From contig JAADDR010000063.1 of assembly GCA_013153865.1 (NCBI GenBank), positions 1-56,229 on the forward strand: a DNA stretch of 56,229 bases, written 5' to 3'. How positions within the stretch are numbered: position 1 is the first letter of the stretch; each line of letters begins with the position of its first letter. Source of the stretch: Chlorobiota bacterium (GTDB lineage: Bacteria; Bacteroidota; Bacteroidia; Bacteroidales; JAADGE01). A program made the position numbers and the translations under genes. Shown piece by piece: positions 37,705-47,310 of this stretch. Below the pieces are notes generated by a model, which saw only the letters and a program-made list of their open reading frames with translations, searched no databases and was not told the origin of the DNA.

Positions 37705-39393
37705 TTATATTTGTGAGTCTCTTATCGATTCCGAAACGTTAATTACGTAGTCTCCGAGTTTTTCGCATGACGAGAATATTTCGTTATAGAATATTCCTGT
37801 TTTATATTTATATTTTTTTGCTTTTATGTTTTTAATGTGCTCTTCTCTGAGTTTATTTCGGAAACTGTTTATTTCGTTTTCTATTTCGTATGCTTTGGTG
37901 ATATCGACTTCGGCATAATCTTTATTAAGGTTATTGAGCATTTCGTCGAGAGCTTTGTCTATTAAAGCATACATATCGGAAATGTTTTTTGAAATATCAT
38001 CCGGAAATTCCACTTTGTTTTCGCGTTTAAGTACGAGAGCTTTTGCCAAGTTTGTGCATGAATCTCCTATGCTTTCGATATTATCTATTATTTCGAACAT
38101 CCCTCTTATTTTAAGCGAACCGGATTTGCTGAGTTCTCCTTCCGAAATTTTTGCGAGATAATCTGCAATTTCCACTTCCATTCTGTCCGAAATTTCTTCG
38201 TATTTTTCAATTTTTTTGAACAGTTTTTCGAATTTTTTTTCTTTTTGTGTATTGCTCAATTCTTTAACAAAACCGAACATTTTGGTAACCCTTTCTCCGT
38301 AAACGTATATTTCTTTTCTTGCTTGTAATATTCCGAGTTCGGAGGTTGAAACCATACCTGTGTTTATGTATTTTAAGCGGAATTCTTCGTCTGAGTCTTT
38401 GTCAGGAACCATTTTTATTACTATTTTTTCTATTAGTTCTACGAACCATACCATTATGAATGTATTCATAACGTTAAAAGATGTATGGAATAGCGATAAT
38501 GCCACCGGTATTGATGATGCGTCGGTAAGCGGAGAGGGGCTTCCGGATTCGATAACAATCCGGTTAATAAATTTAATTACGGGATAAAATAGTATGAGTA
38601 TCCATATTACACCGAAAACATTGAAAATAAAGTGGGCTCTTGCGGCGCGTTTTGCCGATACGTTTGCAACCGTTGCGGCAAGGTTTGCGGTTATTGTTGT
38701 ACCGATATTTTCTCCGAGTACCATTGCCGCCGCCATTTCGAAAGATATAATTCCGTTGTAACATAATACGAGTGTCAGAGCCATTGTAGCGCTTGATGAT
38801 TGTATTATAACGGTAAGTAATGTTCCTACGGCGAGAAAAATTAATAATGAGATGTATCCCAGGTCTGTATAGTTTCCGAGGAAATGTAAAAGTTCGGGGT
38901 TGCTTTTTATGTCCGGAACTGATTCTTTTAAATATCCTAAACCAATAAACAGTAAAGAGAAGCCTATTATCAGTTCGCCCCATGATTTACGTTTGGTATT
39001 TTTTGAGAACAGCAGCGGGAATCCGAGCCCGATAAGCGGTATTGCTATGCTGCTCATATGGACTTTAAATCCGAGTATCGAGATAAGCCATGCGGTAACC
39101 GTGGTTCCGATATTTGCACCCATTATAACGCCTATTGATTCGGCGAGGGAAAGTAAACCCGCATTAACAAAACTTACAACCATAACTGTTGTTGCGGACG
39201 AAGATTGTATTATTGCGGTTATTAAAAATCCGGTAAAAATTCCTTTAACCCGATTTGATGTCATGGCGGCAAGAATGCTTCTCATCTTGTCTCCCGCCAC
39301 TTTTTGCAGGGATTCGCTCATAAGTTTCATCCCGTATAAGAATATTCCCAAAGAACCGATTAAGGTCAGGAATTCGGCTATTCCGTATTTCAT
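37705..39393 (-). CDS. Na/Pi cotransporter family protein with C-terminal PhoU-like domains
   Basis: It is 562 aa. The N-terminal polytopic region carries duplicated QSSSAT(T/M) motifs and GANIGTT/GENIGTT. The C-terminal ~200 aa is helical and PhoU-like. Confidence 0.88.
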   Translation of the reverse strand: MKYGIAEFLTLIGSLGIFLYGMKLMSESLQKVAGDKMRSILAAMTSNRVKGIFTGFLITAIIQSSSATTVMVVSFVNAGLLSLAESIGVIMGANIGTTVTAWLISILGFKVHMSSIAIPLIGLGFPLLFSKNTKRKSWGELIIGFSLLFIGLGYLKESVPDIKSNPELLHFLGNYTDLGYISLLIFLAVGTLLTVIIQSSSATMALTLVLCYNGIISFEMAAAMVLGENIGTTITANLAATVANVSAKRAARAHFIFNVFGVIWILILFYPVIKFINRIVIESGSPSPLTDASSIPVALSLFHTSFNVMNTFIMVWFVELIEKIVIKMVPDKDSDEEFRLKYINTGMVSTSELGILQARKEIYVYGERVTKMFGFVKELSNTQKEKKFEKLFKKIEKYEEISDRMEVEIADYLAKISEGELSKSGSLKIRGMFEIIDNIESIGDSCTNLAKALVLKRENKVEFPDDISKNISDMYALIDKALDEMLNNLNKDYAEVDITKAYEIENEINSFRNKLREEHIKNIKAKKYKYKTGIFYNEIFSSCEKLGDYVINVSESIRDSQI

Positions 39394-39497
39394 TTGAACG
39401 ATTGCTGTTTAGATTTTATACTGCAATATTAAATAAAATTTTAAAATATTCGGTTATTGATGTTCTTGTCTTGTGTTAATTAAATGTTAAGTTTGGG

Positions 39498-39528
39498 TAA
39501 AAAAAGAGGCTGCGTATTTGCAGCCTCT
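39498..39528 (-). terminator. Rho-independent terminator (minus strand) ending the long minus-strand gene run
   Basis: A perfect 10-bp stem joins aagaggctgc (39503-39512) and gcagcctctt (39519-39528) across a 6-nt loop. The A-run at 39498-39504 gives a U-run after the stem on the minus strand. It lies 27 nt after the stop at 39555. Confidence 0.8.
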
Positions 39529-39554
39529 TGATATACAAAAAGTTTTATTTATTT

Positions 39555-40328
39555 TTAGAATATTGTTATTGTTGCGTCTTTAGCACCTTTTTGCGATACT
39601 TTTATTTCGCCGCATGCATCGGATTTAAAATCCAGGTTAACCGGGTCTTCTCCGTCGATTTTTACTGTCATGTTTCCTTCGTAAGGATAGGGGCATGCAT
39701 CGTTTGCGAAAAATTCTATTTTCATGTTTTCCGTTTCGGTCGTAAAGTGTTCTCCGTTTCTGTTTATGCCGTCCGAGCTTCCTGAAATTTCCATTTTAAA
39801 TGCGTTTAGCAAACTGAAGGAATATTTCAGTTCGGCGGTATTGTATATAACATGTGAACCGTCGGCATAGTCGAGTCTTAGGTTTTCGGCTTTAACGTCG
39901 AAATAGAATCCTGTAAGGTTTGTTCTGTAAGTTGCGGTAATTGTTCCTGATACGCCTTCGTTTTCAACAGAATAGTCGATAAACGTGATAGTAACGGAGC
40001 CCATTCCTTCGTTGTCGAAAGCACCTTGTTGAGCGGTTACTCTTATTGTTCCGTTTCTGGTTAATCCGGCGTCGTCAGTGCAGTTATCGAATGTAAGTTC
40101 GAAACCGTCGTCGAAATCGTTGTAAGAAAAATTGCAGTCGGATGATTTAAGTGCTTTGGCACCGTCGCTTCCGCTGTCGGCAAGAGCAAAAGCATCAGCC
40201 ATAATGTATGTTCCTCTTGCGGCGTCTTCTGCTGATTGTGTGTCGGCGTCGCCGTCTTTACATGCCGAAAAAGTTATTACAAATCCTAATAAAAGGATTA
40301 TTGAGAATTTTAAATTTGTAAGTTTCAT
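39555..40328 (-). CDS. Hypothetical lipoprotein
   Basis: The signal plus lipobox is LLGFVITFSACKDGD. It is 257 aa, acidic and beta-rich. I recognise no family. Confidence 0.6.
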   Translation of the reverse strand: MKLTNLKFSIILLLGFVITFSACKDGDADTQSAEDAARGTYIMADAFALADSGSDGAKALKSSDCNFSYNDFDDGFELTFDNCTDDAGLTRNGTIRVTAQQGAFDNEGMGSVTITFIDYSVENEGVSGTITATYRTNLTGFYFDVKAENLRLDYADGSHVIYNTAELKYSFSLLNAFKMEISGSSDGINRNGEHFTTETENMKIEFFANDACPYPYEGNMTVKIDGEDPVNLDFKSDACGEIKVSQKGAKDATITIF

Positions 40329-40415
40329 AATTTATTAATTTAGTTTATTATTAAGGTTAATAGAATATATTGTTTAACGCAGCGGTTAAAAATATTAATA
40401 TTTAAGGTTTTATTT

Positions 40416-40733
40416 TTATTTAGAAATAAGAACGGAAAACATTTTTTCTATAATATCCGATTTGCGGATAATAATGTATGCCGTTGCCGAAAGGAATACC
40501 AGAATAACGGCAAGTCTGATATTTGCGGCTTTTTTTTGTTTTTTTGTTATGTCTTTACTGTAGCTTCGTCTGAATTTTCCTTTAAAGTCGGGTTTGTATT
40601 CTCCTCTTTTTATTGCTTCTTTTTTATCTTTTTCTTTTTTAATTTTTTCTTCGAGATTTTCTTTTCTTTTGTCGTAATATAACGGTTTGTATTTATATTT
40701 TCTGTATTCAGGGAGTTTTATCAGTGTTTTCAT
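40416..40733 (-). CDS. Small K-rich protein with a single C-terminal TM helix
   Basis: It is 105 aa. A highly basic N-terminal ~70 aa is followed by LAVILVFLSATAYIII. It sits in the same orientation within the gene run. Confidence 0.5.
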   Translation of the reverse strand: MKTLIKLPEYRKYKYKPLYYDKRKENLEEKIKKEKDKKEAIKRGEYKPDFKGKFRRSYSKDITKKQKKAANIRLAVILVFLSATAYIIIRKSDIIEKMFSVLISK

Positions 40734-40769
40734 TTTGTTGTTTTATGTTTAGAGATGCAAAAAGTTTGC

Positions 40770-42257
40770 TTATTCCATAAGACCTATATCTTTATTATTT
40801 CCGCATATTAAGAAATGCATCCCGAAACTTAAGTTTATTGTTTTAGTATTTTTGATCCAATCGTCGGAGAAATCGCTTTCGTTTGCAGCCCAGAAAGGAG
40901 CCGCTATATTGTCTGAAACGATATACATTTGGAACGGTCCTATTTTATATGCGAATCCTAAACCGAGGTTGTTTGCGGAGCTGTTCATTAAGGAATAGGA
41001 TAGAGAGAAAGACCATGCTTTAAAGAAATTGGTGTTTGCGGACAGGGTATATGAAGAAATCAGACTGTTGTTGACGAACATGCCTTTGTAGAGTAATCCC
41101 AAGTCGAAGTTGTTTGTTATTTTAAAATCTGCTCCGAGGTATATTTTTGAGTTTAAACCGGTTGTGTATGTTGCATCTTCTATGTCGGGGTTAAAAACGG
41201 TTAAGACGGTATCTATTATGTCTTCTTCGATGTCGTCGGCAAGGGAGGAGTTGTCGCCTGTAATGTCGTCTAAGCTGTTTATGTATTTTGATATATCGAC
41301 ACCGTCGAATATAAATTCTGCTTTTTGTGTCATTATTTTCGGGCTTGTTTTCCATTTTATGAAACCGAAATCGGTAAGTGCCGCGGAGAGGTTTAAGCGG
41401 TCGTTTATTTTGTATTCTATACCGAGGTCTATGCCGAATCCCGTATTTTCCGGAAATGTGTAAAGCGACGGGTCGTCCGTTCTGCTTGTATCGACGTCTA
41501 TATCGTTTATGTATCCGTCGTCGTCGTAAGTAAAGTCCCAGGGTATTACGGATGCCGATTTCATGTCTATGTCGGAAATAAATGTCCATTCATACATTCC
41601 GTCGTCGTCTGTGTTTGTGTACCAGTCTATTTTGAGGGTAGAGCTTTTGAGGTTTCCGTAACCGGTAAGGAATTTTAAGCGTCCTCCCACGTTTAAGTTT
41701 TCGTTTATTTTTTTGGATACTCCGGCGTATATTTCGCGATACAGGATAAAATTTTGATTAAAATCGAAGCTCAGAGGGGTGCCGTTTTCTCTGTAGTTAC
41801 CGCGTCTTATTTCTATCAGTGCTTTTGGATATTTGAAATATTCGGAGCCTTTGTAGTTTATTCCGAAACTTATGTTCATATCATTTTTAAGGGTAATGCT
41901 TGCGTTTATGATTGAAAAATTTGTTTCGAAATTTATGTTGTTGTTGTCTTTAAGGGCTTTTTCTATTCCGTCGAGGTCTATCATAAAAGAATCGACAGTG
42001 TAAGGTTTCGGTTTTATTGCATCATTAACGGTAAAACCGGAATGTCCGAGATTTATGTCGAAATTTGGAATTAGAGGAAGGTCTATAAATATTTTACATC
42101 CTGTTTGTTTTGCGGGATTTTGGTATGTTGCCTGCGGCAAATGTTGCATCCAGTATGTTGTGTTATTTTGGGAAATAACGGGTGTATTGTTTGATATTAT
42201 TATAATGCTTGCGAAAGAGATTAAGAGCAAATATTTTTTTATGTTCATTTTCGGCAA
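40770..42257 (-). CDS. Outer-membrane beta-barrel protein of unknown function (possibly DUF5723/PorP-SprF-like)
   Basis: It has a signal peptide (LLISFASIIIISNNTPVISQ). The mature N-terminus NNTTYWMQHLPQATYQNPA is followed by an alternating strand pattern through to the C-terminus. The family name is recalled, not verified. Confidence 0.55.
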   Translation of the reverse strand: MPKMNIKKYLLLISFASIIIISNNTPVISQNNTTYWMQHLPQATYQNPAKQTGCKIFIDLPLIPNFDINLGHSGFTVNDAIKPKPYTVDSFMIDLDGIEKALKDNNNINFETNFSIINASITLKNDMNISFGINYKGSEYFKYPKALIEIRRGNYRENGTPLSFDFNQNFILYREIYAGVSKKINENLNVGGRLKFLTGYGNLKSSTLKIDWYTNTDDDGMYEWTFISDIDMKSASVIPWDFTYDDDGYINDIDVDTSRTDDPSLYTFPENTGFGIDLGIEYKINDRLNLSAALTDFGFIKWKTSPKIMTQKAEFIFDGVDISKYINSLDDITGDNSSLADDIEEDIIDTVLTVFNPDIEDATYTTGLNSKIYLGADFKITNNFDLGLLYKGMFVNNSLISSYTLSANTNFFKAWSFSLSYSLMNSSANNLGLGFAYKIGPFQMYIVSDNIAAPFWAANESDFSDDWIKNTKTINLSFGMHFLICGNNKDIGLME

Positions 42258-42262
42258 AGTTT

Positions 42263-43486
42263 TTAATTGTTTGTATCTACGTTAAAATCGACTTTTACGG
42301 CAATTTGTACATCCATGGTATAGTTTCCCAGTATTTTAACAAATTGTCCGGTATATGATTCGTAGGTGTTTAGTTTTGTCATTACTATAAGTTTTGATGC
42401 GTGCCTTTGTATAAGGTTTTGTACTCTTTCTTGGTTTATAGCGGTATATACGGTGCTTTCGTAAGGTATTGTTACGATTCCTTGTGCGTCTGTTTCGGCT
42501 GCTTCGAGGTGCCATCCTTCGTCGGTTATGTCGTTAAGTCCTGTGTCCGTAAAAACTGAATCCAGAACTATTCCGGGTTCACCGGTTGCGGTTGTGTCGG
42601 TAAGGTATATTTGGGATATTGCGTCAACGGGAAATCCGTTTCCGAATTTAACTTTAAGAGTTACGGATTTTATTCTTTCGTCGTTGAATATATCGAAGCC
42701 GGTTGTGTCGCTCATTATTATTGTATCGAGTCTTGCGTCGAGAGGAAGGTCTATATCTACGTCAACATTCATTTCTTCTGTTCCGGTTACGTTGAAGGGC
42801 AGTGTTTGTGTGTCGTGACTTCCTGTTGACAGGTAAAATGATATGTATTTGGGTACCGGAGCAAAAACTTCGGCGAGAACCGGAACGACAGATGTGTCGA
42901 TAACAATGTCGGTATGTTCGAATGTTCCGGATGTAACGGGAGCAGAAATTGTAAATTCGTCGGAGCTTGTGTGTGTTAAAGCTGTTCCGTCTTCTTGGTG
43001 AAAGGTAAGGGTATCCATTCTGAAGAAAGTTACAATAGGTATGTAGTTGTCTATATGAAAAGTTATTGACGGGTTTTGGAAGAACAGTTTTCCGCTTAAT
43101 AATTTGTCGTAAACTTTCATTTTCGATGTGTCGGTTTGCATTGCGAAACTGTCTGCCGGAACGGGAGTGCCTGCAGATGCCGGATATGGTATGTTGTATA
43201 TGTCTTCCATTTTCGGGTTAAACATATCTTTATAGTACATGCGAAGATGTACGAGTCCGTTTTCGTCGACTTCCGCCCAGAGTGTAGAGTCGTTATCCGG
43301 CAGGAAGTTGAGGAGTGTAAGTTCCGAGTTGACGATAGGTGCGGCAAAACTTCCTTCGAAATTAAGAGAATCGGCGGACAGTTTGTCTATTTCGTCTAAA
43401 GAGAAATCGCTTCGGCATGAGTTTATACTGAAAACCGATATTGTTAATAATATTGCCGGGATAAAATGTTTTATCAAGTTTTTCAT
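42263..43486 (-). CDS. Hypothetical lipoprotein
   Basis: I chose the start MKNLIKHFIPAILLTISVFSINSCRSD, a signal plus lipobox. An alternative upstream ATG lies at 43522. The protein is acidic and T/D-rich, and I recognise no family. Confidence 0.6.
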   Translation of the reverse strand: MKNLIKHFIPAILLTISVFSINSCRSDFSLDEIDKLSADSLNFEGSFAAPIVNSELTLLNFLPDNDSTLWAEVDENGLVHLRMYYKDMFNPKMEDIYNIPYPASAGTPVPADSFAMQTDTSKMKVYDKLLSGKLFFQNPSITFHIDNYIPIVTFFRMDTLTFHQEDGTALTHTSSDEFTISAPVTSGTFEHTDIVIDTSVVPVLAEVFAPVPKYISFYLSTGSHDTQTLPFNVTGTEEMNVDVDIDLPLDARLDTIIMSDTTGFDIFNDERIKSVTLKVKFGNGFPVDAISQIYLTDTTATGEPGIVLDSVFTDTGLNDITDEGWHLEAAETDAQGIVTIPYESTVYTAINQERVQNLIQRHASKLIVMTKLNTYESYTGQFVKILGNYTMDVQIAVKVDFNVDTNN

Positions 43487-43533
43487 TGTTTGTACAGGTT
43501 TTGTAAAAAGGTTTAAATGCAAAGTTATAAAAA

Positions 43534-46290
43534 TTATTTGATATAATATTTATACAGATAATTATCTTTGTTTCCGACAATTAACGAGAACCGGGGATTA
43601 CGGTCGAAAACCGTAATGCTGAAAAGTCCTGTTCCCGCCAGCGGAAAGCCTTTGCATAATTTTCCTTTGTTGTTAATTAAATAAATTTTTCCGGAGGCGC
43701 TTGCTCCTGTTCGTATGTCTTTGTCTCCGAATTTATAAACGGAAATATTTCCGTTTATTTTTTCGTCGTAAGAATACGAGTATAGTCTTTTTTTGTTTTT
43801 TCCGTCGAATACATCGGTTTGGTTTTTATCCGTAAAAATATATTCGGGGATATTGTCTCCCGTTATATCTTCATAAACGAAGAAATGGTTTCTTGTGTAT
43901 GTTTTAAGTTCTGTTTTTTTAACTTTTCCGTTTTCGTATATGTAATAGACCGTTCCTGCGGGGTTGCTTACGCAGAAGTGAGCTTTGTCAGCTGCATTGT
44001 CTTCAGCGAAATATATTTCGGTATTTTCCGATAACGGAATGTTTACTTCCGGAGATACTCTTACCATGCCTTTACGGTTAAGTATGTAGAGTTTGTTTTT
44101 GTCTCTGAATACGATGTAGTCTTTGTCGTTGTTTTTAAAGTGCCGGATTTTTTGTGTTACGTTTGTTTCTGTTTTGTCGAATTTCCATCCCGGTATTATT
44201 TCGCCGTTTTTATCGAACAGATATACGTTTTTGTTTGCGCATGCGACGAATATTCTGTAGTTTCTGTTTTGGTCGTAATCGAACAGTGCTATTCCGTTGA
44301 CGGCTTTTGATTTGAGTTTTACGGGGTATCCTTCGAGCCAGTTTCCTTTTCTGTCTATGCAGTATATTTTATTTTCGGTGTTAAACAGAAGTTGAAGTTT
44401 GTTGTTTTCGTAATAGTCTATTTGGTATATGTCGCTTATTATTTTGCCGTCGAGTTGTCTTGTCCATAATATTTTGCCGTTTTTGTCTATAAGGTATAAT
44501 TTGTTTGCCGCATCTTGTATTACTATTTCTTTTTCGTCGGTGTTGTGGTTGATTACGATATAGGGTTTTGTGGCGATAAGTGTGTCTAAACGTACTTCCC
44601 AAACGGTTTCGGATATTTCGCGGTTAACGGAGTTAAGGCCTATATCGACGGTTGTATAAATCGGGTATGCATCGAAAATAAATTGGATTGCCGGGCCTTG
44701 TATGCGTTTGAGGGAGGAAAGACTTTTGTCGAATTTTTTTATTGTTTTTTCTTTAAGTGTTTGTTTTATTTTTTTTGCGGAGTGGAATATATCCGCATAT
44801 AAAAAGATGTTTGATTCGTCGGGCAGTGATTTTAAGAACCGGTAGTTTGGTGATTTGCGTTTAAAAGTTTTGTCTTTTTCGTAATTGTAAATAAGGTCTT
44901 TTATGTCGCCGGTATTGTTTCCGAAAACCATAAAATCGTCGAGCAGGGTGCAGTATCCGAGATTATTGTTTTTGAATACTTCGCCGTAGAATATTTCCGG
45001 TATGTTTTTTACGGGCAGTTTAATTATTTTGTAATTGTCTTCTTCGGTGTTGAATATTTGTATCAGGTTGTTTTTTTCGATTTTTTCTTTTTCGGCATAT
45101 TTTGTAATTATGTTATCGAAGAAGTCTTCGGCTTTTGTTTTGTTTTTGTATTTTATAAAGACGTATTCCCGCTGGTTTTTGCCGTTTTTGTTGATATCTT
45201 CCCATATAAGTGCTATTTCGTCTGATGTTACGGCATATAAATCCGTTTCGTCTTCTTTTATTTTAAATTTTTTGTAAAATTCGGCTAATTGAATTTGAAA
45301 GTTATTAAGGTTTTTAATTCTTGCCAGAAAGTCTTCGTATTTGTATTTAAATTCGTTACCGTTTTTTATGTTAAATGATAAAAAGAATGCTGTTTTTTCG
45401 GGCATTATTCCGAGAACGTCGCTTTTTTCGGGGTTTGTATTTTTAAATACCGAAAGGAATTGCATTTCGGGTTTTAGAATTGTGTGTCCGGTAAGTTTGA
45501 GATGTTTTCTTTTGAGAGAGATGTCGAAAGCAGACCAGTAAGCTGTATTTTGCAGCAGTTTAAGAGTTTTTTTAAAAGAATTATTGAAATTATTGCCCGT
45601 ATTAGAGAAAAATCGTTCGTAATTCAGGAATATTTCGGCATCGCCGCGGTTTTCCGTTTTTTCGTAAAGATTTTCGAATGCCGGATTTTTTTGCAGTCCT
45701 ATTCCGCTGTTTATTGTTTTTATTGATTTTTGGATAAGTATTTCGGAGAAACTCAGAAGCATGTAATCTTTGTAGAACGTGAAAACTAAATGTTTGTTTT
45801 TTTTTGAGGTTTCGGATAGTATTTCAGCTCCGGCAAATTCGGTTTTTTTTATTTTTGCATGCGGGTTAATTTCTTTTAATATTGTTTTTATAAGTTCTTT
45901 ATTTTCGTTGTTGTTTTGGGCTCCGGTTGCGAACAGGAAAGCTGATTTGCCGTGTCCTTGGGGGTGTGCCGACAGAATTACGTTTTTTTCGCTGAAGAAT
46001 TTTTTAATTTTTTTGTTGTCGTGAATCAGTGAGTCGGCAAATAGTATGTTTTCGAAAAATTTTTCGGTAAATAAGTTTCCTGCGAGAGTTTCTTTAAGGT
46101 CTTCGTTTTTTGATATTTTGTTAAGCAGATAATTGATGTCGTCTGTTTCGATAAAGAATGAAACGTCCGGCGGTATTGCATTTATTACCGGGGGTAATTT
46201 ACGGCTTTTTTCTTCGAGTTTTATTGACAGAAATATTACTGCCGATACCGCTATTACGGATATTATTATTAAAAATTTATTGTTTAGCAT
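43534..46290 (-). CDS. Large membrane-anchored protein: N-terminal TM anchor, ~550-aa unknown region (DUF3352-like start), C-terminal beta-propeller-like repeats
   Basis: It is 918 aa and the N-terminal anchor is FLIIISVIAVSAVIFLSI. The C-terminal third carries a recurring motif (NKLYLIDKNGKILW, NKIYCIDRKGNWLEGYP, NVYLFDKNGEIIPGW, NKLYILNRKGMV, GKIYLINNKGKLCKGFP). Its start overlaps the dusB stop by 14 nt. Confidence 0.7.
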   Translation of the reverse strand: MLNNKFLIIISVIAVSAVIFLSIKLEEKSRKLPPVINAIPPDVSFFIETDDINYLLNKISKNEDLKETLAGNLFTEKFFENILFADSLIHDNKKIKKFFSEKNVILSAHPQGHGKSAFLFATGAQNNNENKELIKTILKEINPHAKIKKTEFAGAEILSETSKKNKHLVFTFYKDYMLLSFSEILIQKSIKTINSGIGLQKNPAFENLYEKTENRGDAEIFLNYERFFSNTGNNFNNSFKKTLKLLQNTAYWSAFDISLKRKHLKLTGHTILKPEMQFLSVFKNTNPEKSDVLGIMPEKTAFFLSFNIKNGNEFKYKYEDFLARIKNLNNFQIQLAEFYKKFKIKEDETDLYAVTSDEIALIWEDINKNGKNQREYVFIKYKNKTKAEDFFDNIITKYAEKEKIEKNNLIQIFNTEEDNYKIIKLPVKNIPEIFYGEVFKNNNLGYCTLLDDFMVFGNNTGDIKDLIYNYEKDKTFKRKSPNYRFLKSLPDESNIFLYADIFHSAKKIKQTLKEKTIKKFDKSLSSLKRIQGPAIQFIFDAYPIYTTVDIGLNSVNREISETVWEVRLDTLIATKPYIVINHNTDEKEIVIQDAANKLYLIDKNGKILWTRQLDGKIISDIYQIDYYENNKLQLLFNTENKIYCIDRKGNWLEGYPVKLKSKAVNGIALFDYDQNRNYRIFVACANKNVYLFDKNGEIIPGWKFDKTETNVTQKIRHFKNNDKDYIVFRDKNKLYILNRKGMVRVSPEVNIPLSENTEIYFAEDNAADKAHFCVSNPAGTVYYIYENGKVKKTELKTYTRNHFFVYEDITGDNIPEYIFTDKNQTDVFDGKNKKRLYSYSYDEKINGNISVYKFGDKDIRTGASASGKIYLINNKGKLCKGFPLAGTGLFSITVFDRNPRFSLIVGNKDNYLYKYYIK

Positions 46291-47281
46291 TTTCTGTCGA
46301 GTGAGAGTTTCCGTATTTTAGTTTTATTTGGTCTAATATATCGTAAATTTCGTTAATATCGGTCGAAGTTAATAATTTTAATCTTGTTTCTTTAAAATTT
46401 TTAAGACCTTTGAAGTATAGAGCGAAGTGTCGTCTCATTTCGAATATTCCTCTGTTTCCGTCTTTGTATTTAATTGATTTTTTGAAGTGTTGTTTTGCTA
46501 TATCGACTTTTTGGTTTATGTCCGGTTCGGGTAATATTTCTCCTGTTTTGAGGTAGTGTTTGATTTCTTTGAAAATCCAGGGTCTTCCTATGCTTGCTCT
46601 TCCTATCATTATTCCGTCGGGTTTGTATTTTTCAAAGGCATTTTTTGCCGATATGCCGTCGGTTATGTCGCCGTTTCCTATTACGGGTATGCGGATGTTA
46701 GGGTTTTGTTTTATTTTTCCTATAAGAGTCCAGTCCGCTTTTCCTTTGTACAGTTGGCTTCTTGTTCTTCCGTGAATTGTAAGGGCTTTTATGCCCGTGT
46801 CTTGCAGTTGTTCGGCGATTTTGTCGATTATTATGCTGTCGTTATCCCATCCGAGTCGTGTTTTTACCGTTACCGGCAGTTTTACGGCATTTACGATTGC
46901 TTTTGTCATTTCTATCATTTTGGGTATGTCTCTCAGCATTCCGGCGCCGGCTCCTCTTGTTGCTATTTTTTTTACGGGGCATCCGTAGTTTATGTCGATG
47001 AGGTCGGGACCGGCTTCTTCTGCAATTTTGGCGGCTTCTACCATTGCGTCGATTCTGTGACCGTAAATTTGTATTCCGGCGGGGCGTTCGTCGTTGTCTA
47101 TTACGAGTTTTTTCAGTGTTTTGTCTATGTTTCTGATAAGAGCTTCGGATGCGACAAATTCGGTGTAAAGCAAATCGGCGCCGAATGATTTGCATATTTT
47201 GCGAAAGCTTCTGTCGGTAATGTCTTCCATGGGTGCAAGCAGAAGCGGATATTCGGGTATTTTTATGTTACCGATTTGCAT
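46277..47281 (-). CDS. dusB: tRNA-dihydrouridine synthase (DusB-like)
   Basis: LLLAPMEDITDRSFR, DINYGCPVKK and LTIHGRTRSQLYKGKADW are Dus-family FMN-binding TIM-barrel motifs. Length is 334 aa. Confidence 0.92.
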   Translation of the reverse strand: MQIGNIKIPEYPLLLAPMEDITDRSFRKICKSFGADLLYTEFVASEALIRNIDKTLKKLVIDNDERPAGIQIYGHRIDAMVEAAKIAEEAGPDLIDINYGCPVKKIATRGAGAGMLRDIPKMIEMTKAIVNAVKLPVTVKTRLGWDNDSIIIDKIAEQLQDTGIKALTIHGRTRSQLYKGKADWTLIGKIKQNPNIRIPVIGNGDITDGISAKNAFEKYKPDGIMIGRASIGRPWIFKEIKHYLKTGEILPEPDINQKVDIAKQHFKKSIKYKDGNRGIFEMRRHFALYFKGLKNFKETRLKLLTSTDINEIYDILDQIKLKYGNSHSTENAKQ

Positions 47282-47310
47282 ATTTATTCCGGTTAAAATC
47301 CGCAGCGGTT

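Noticed and set aside
38900-39397. 165-aa plus-strand ORF and 136-aa minus-strand ORF inside the Na/Pi cotransporter gene
   Set aside because: They overlap a well-supported 562-aa transporter gene in alternative frames. The R/N-rich or P/S-rich compositions indicate frame artefacts.
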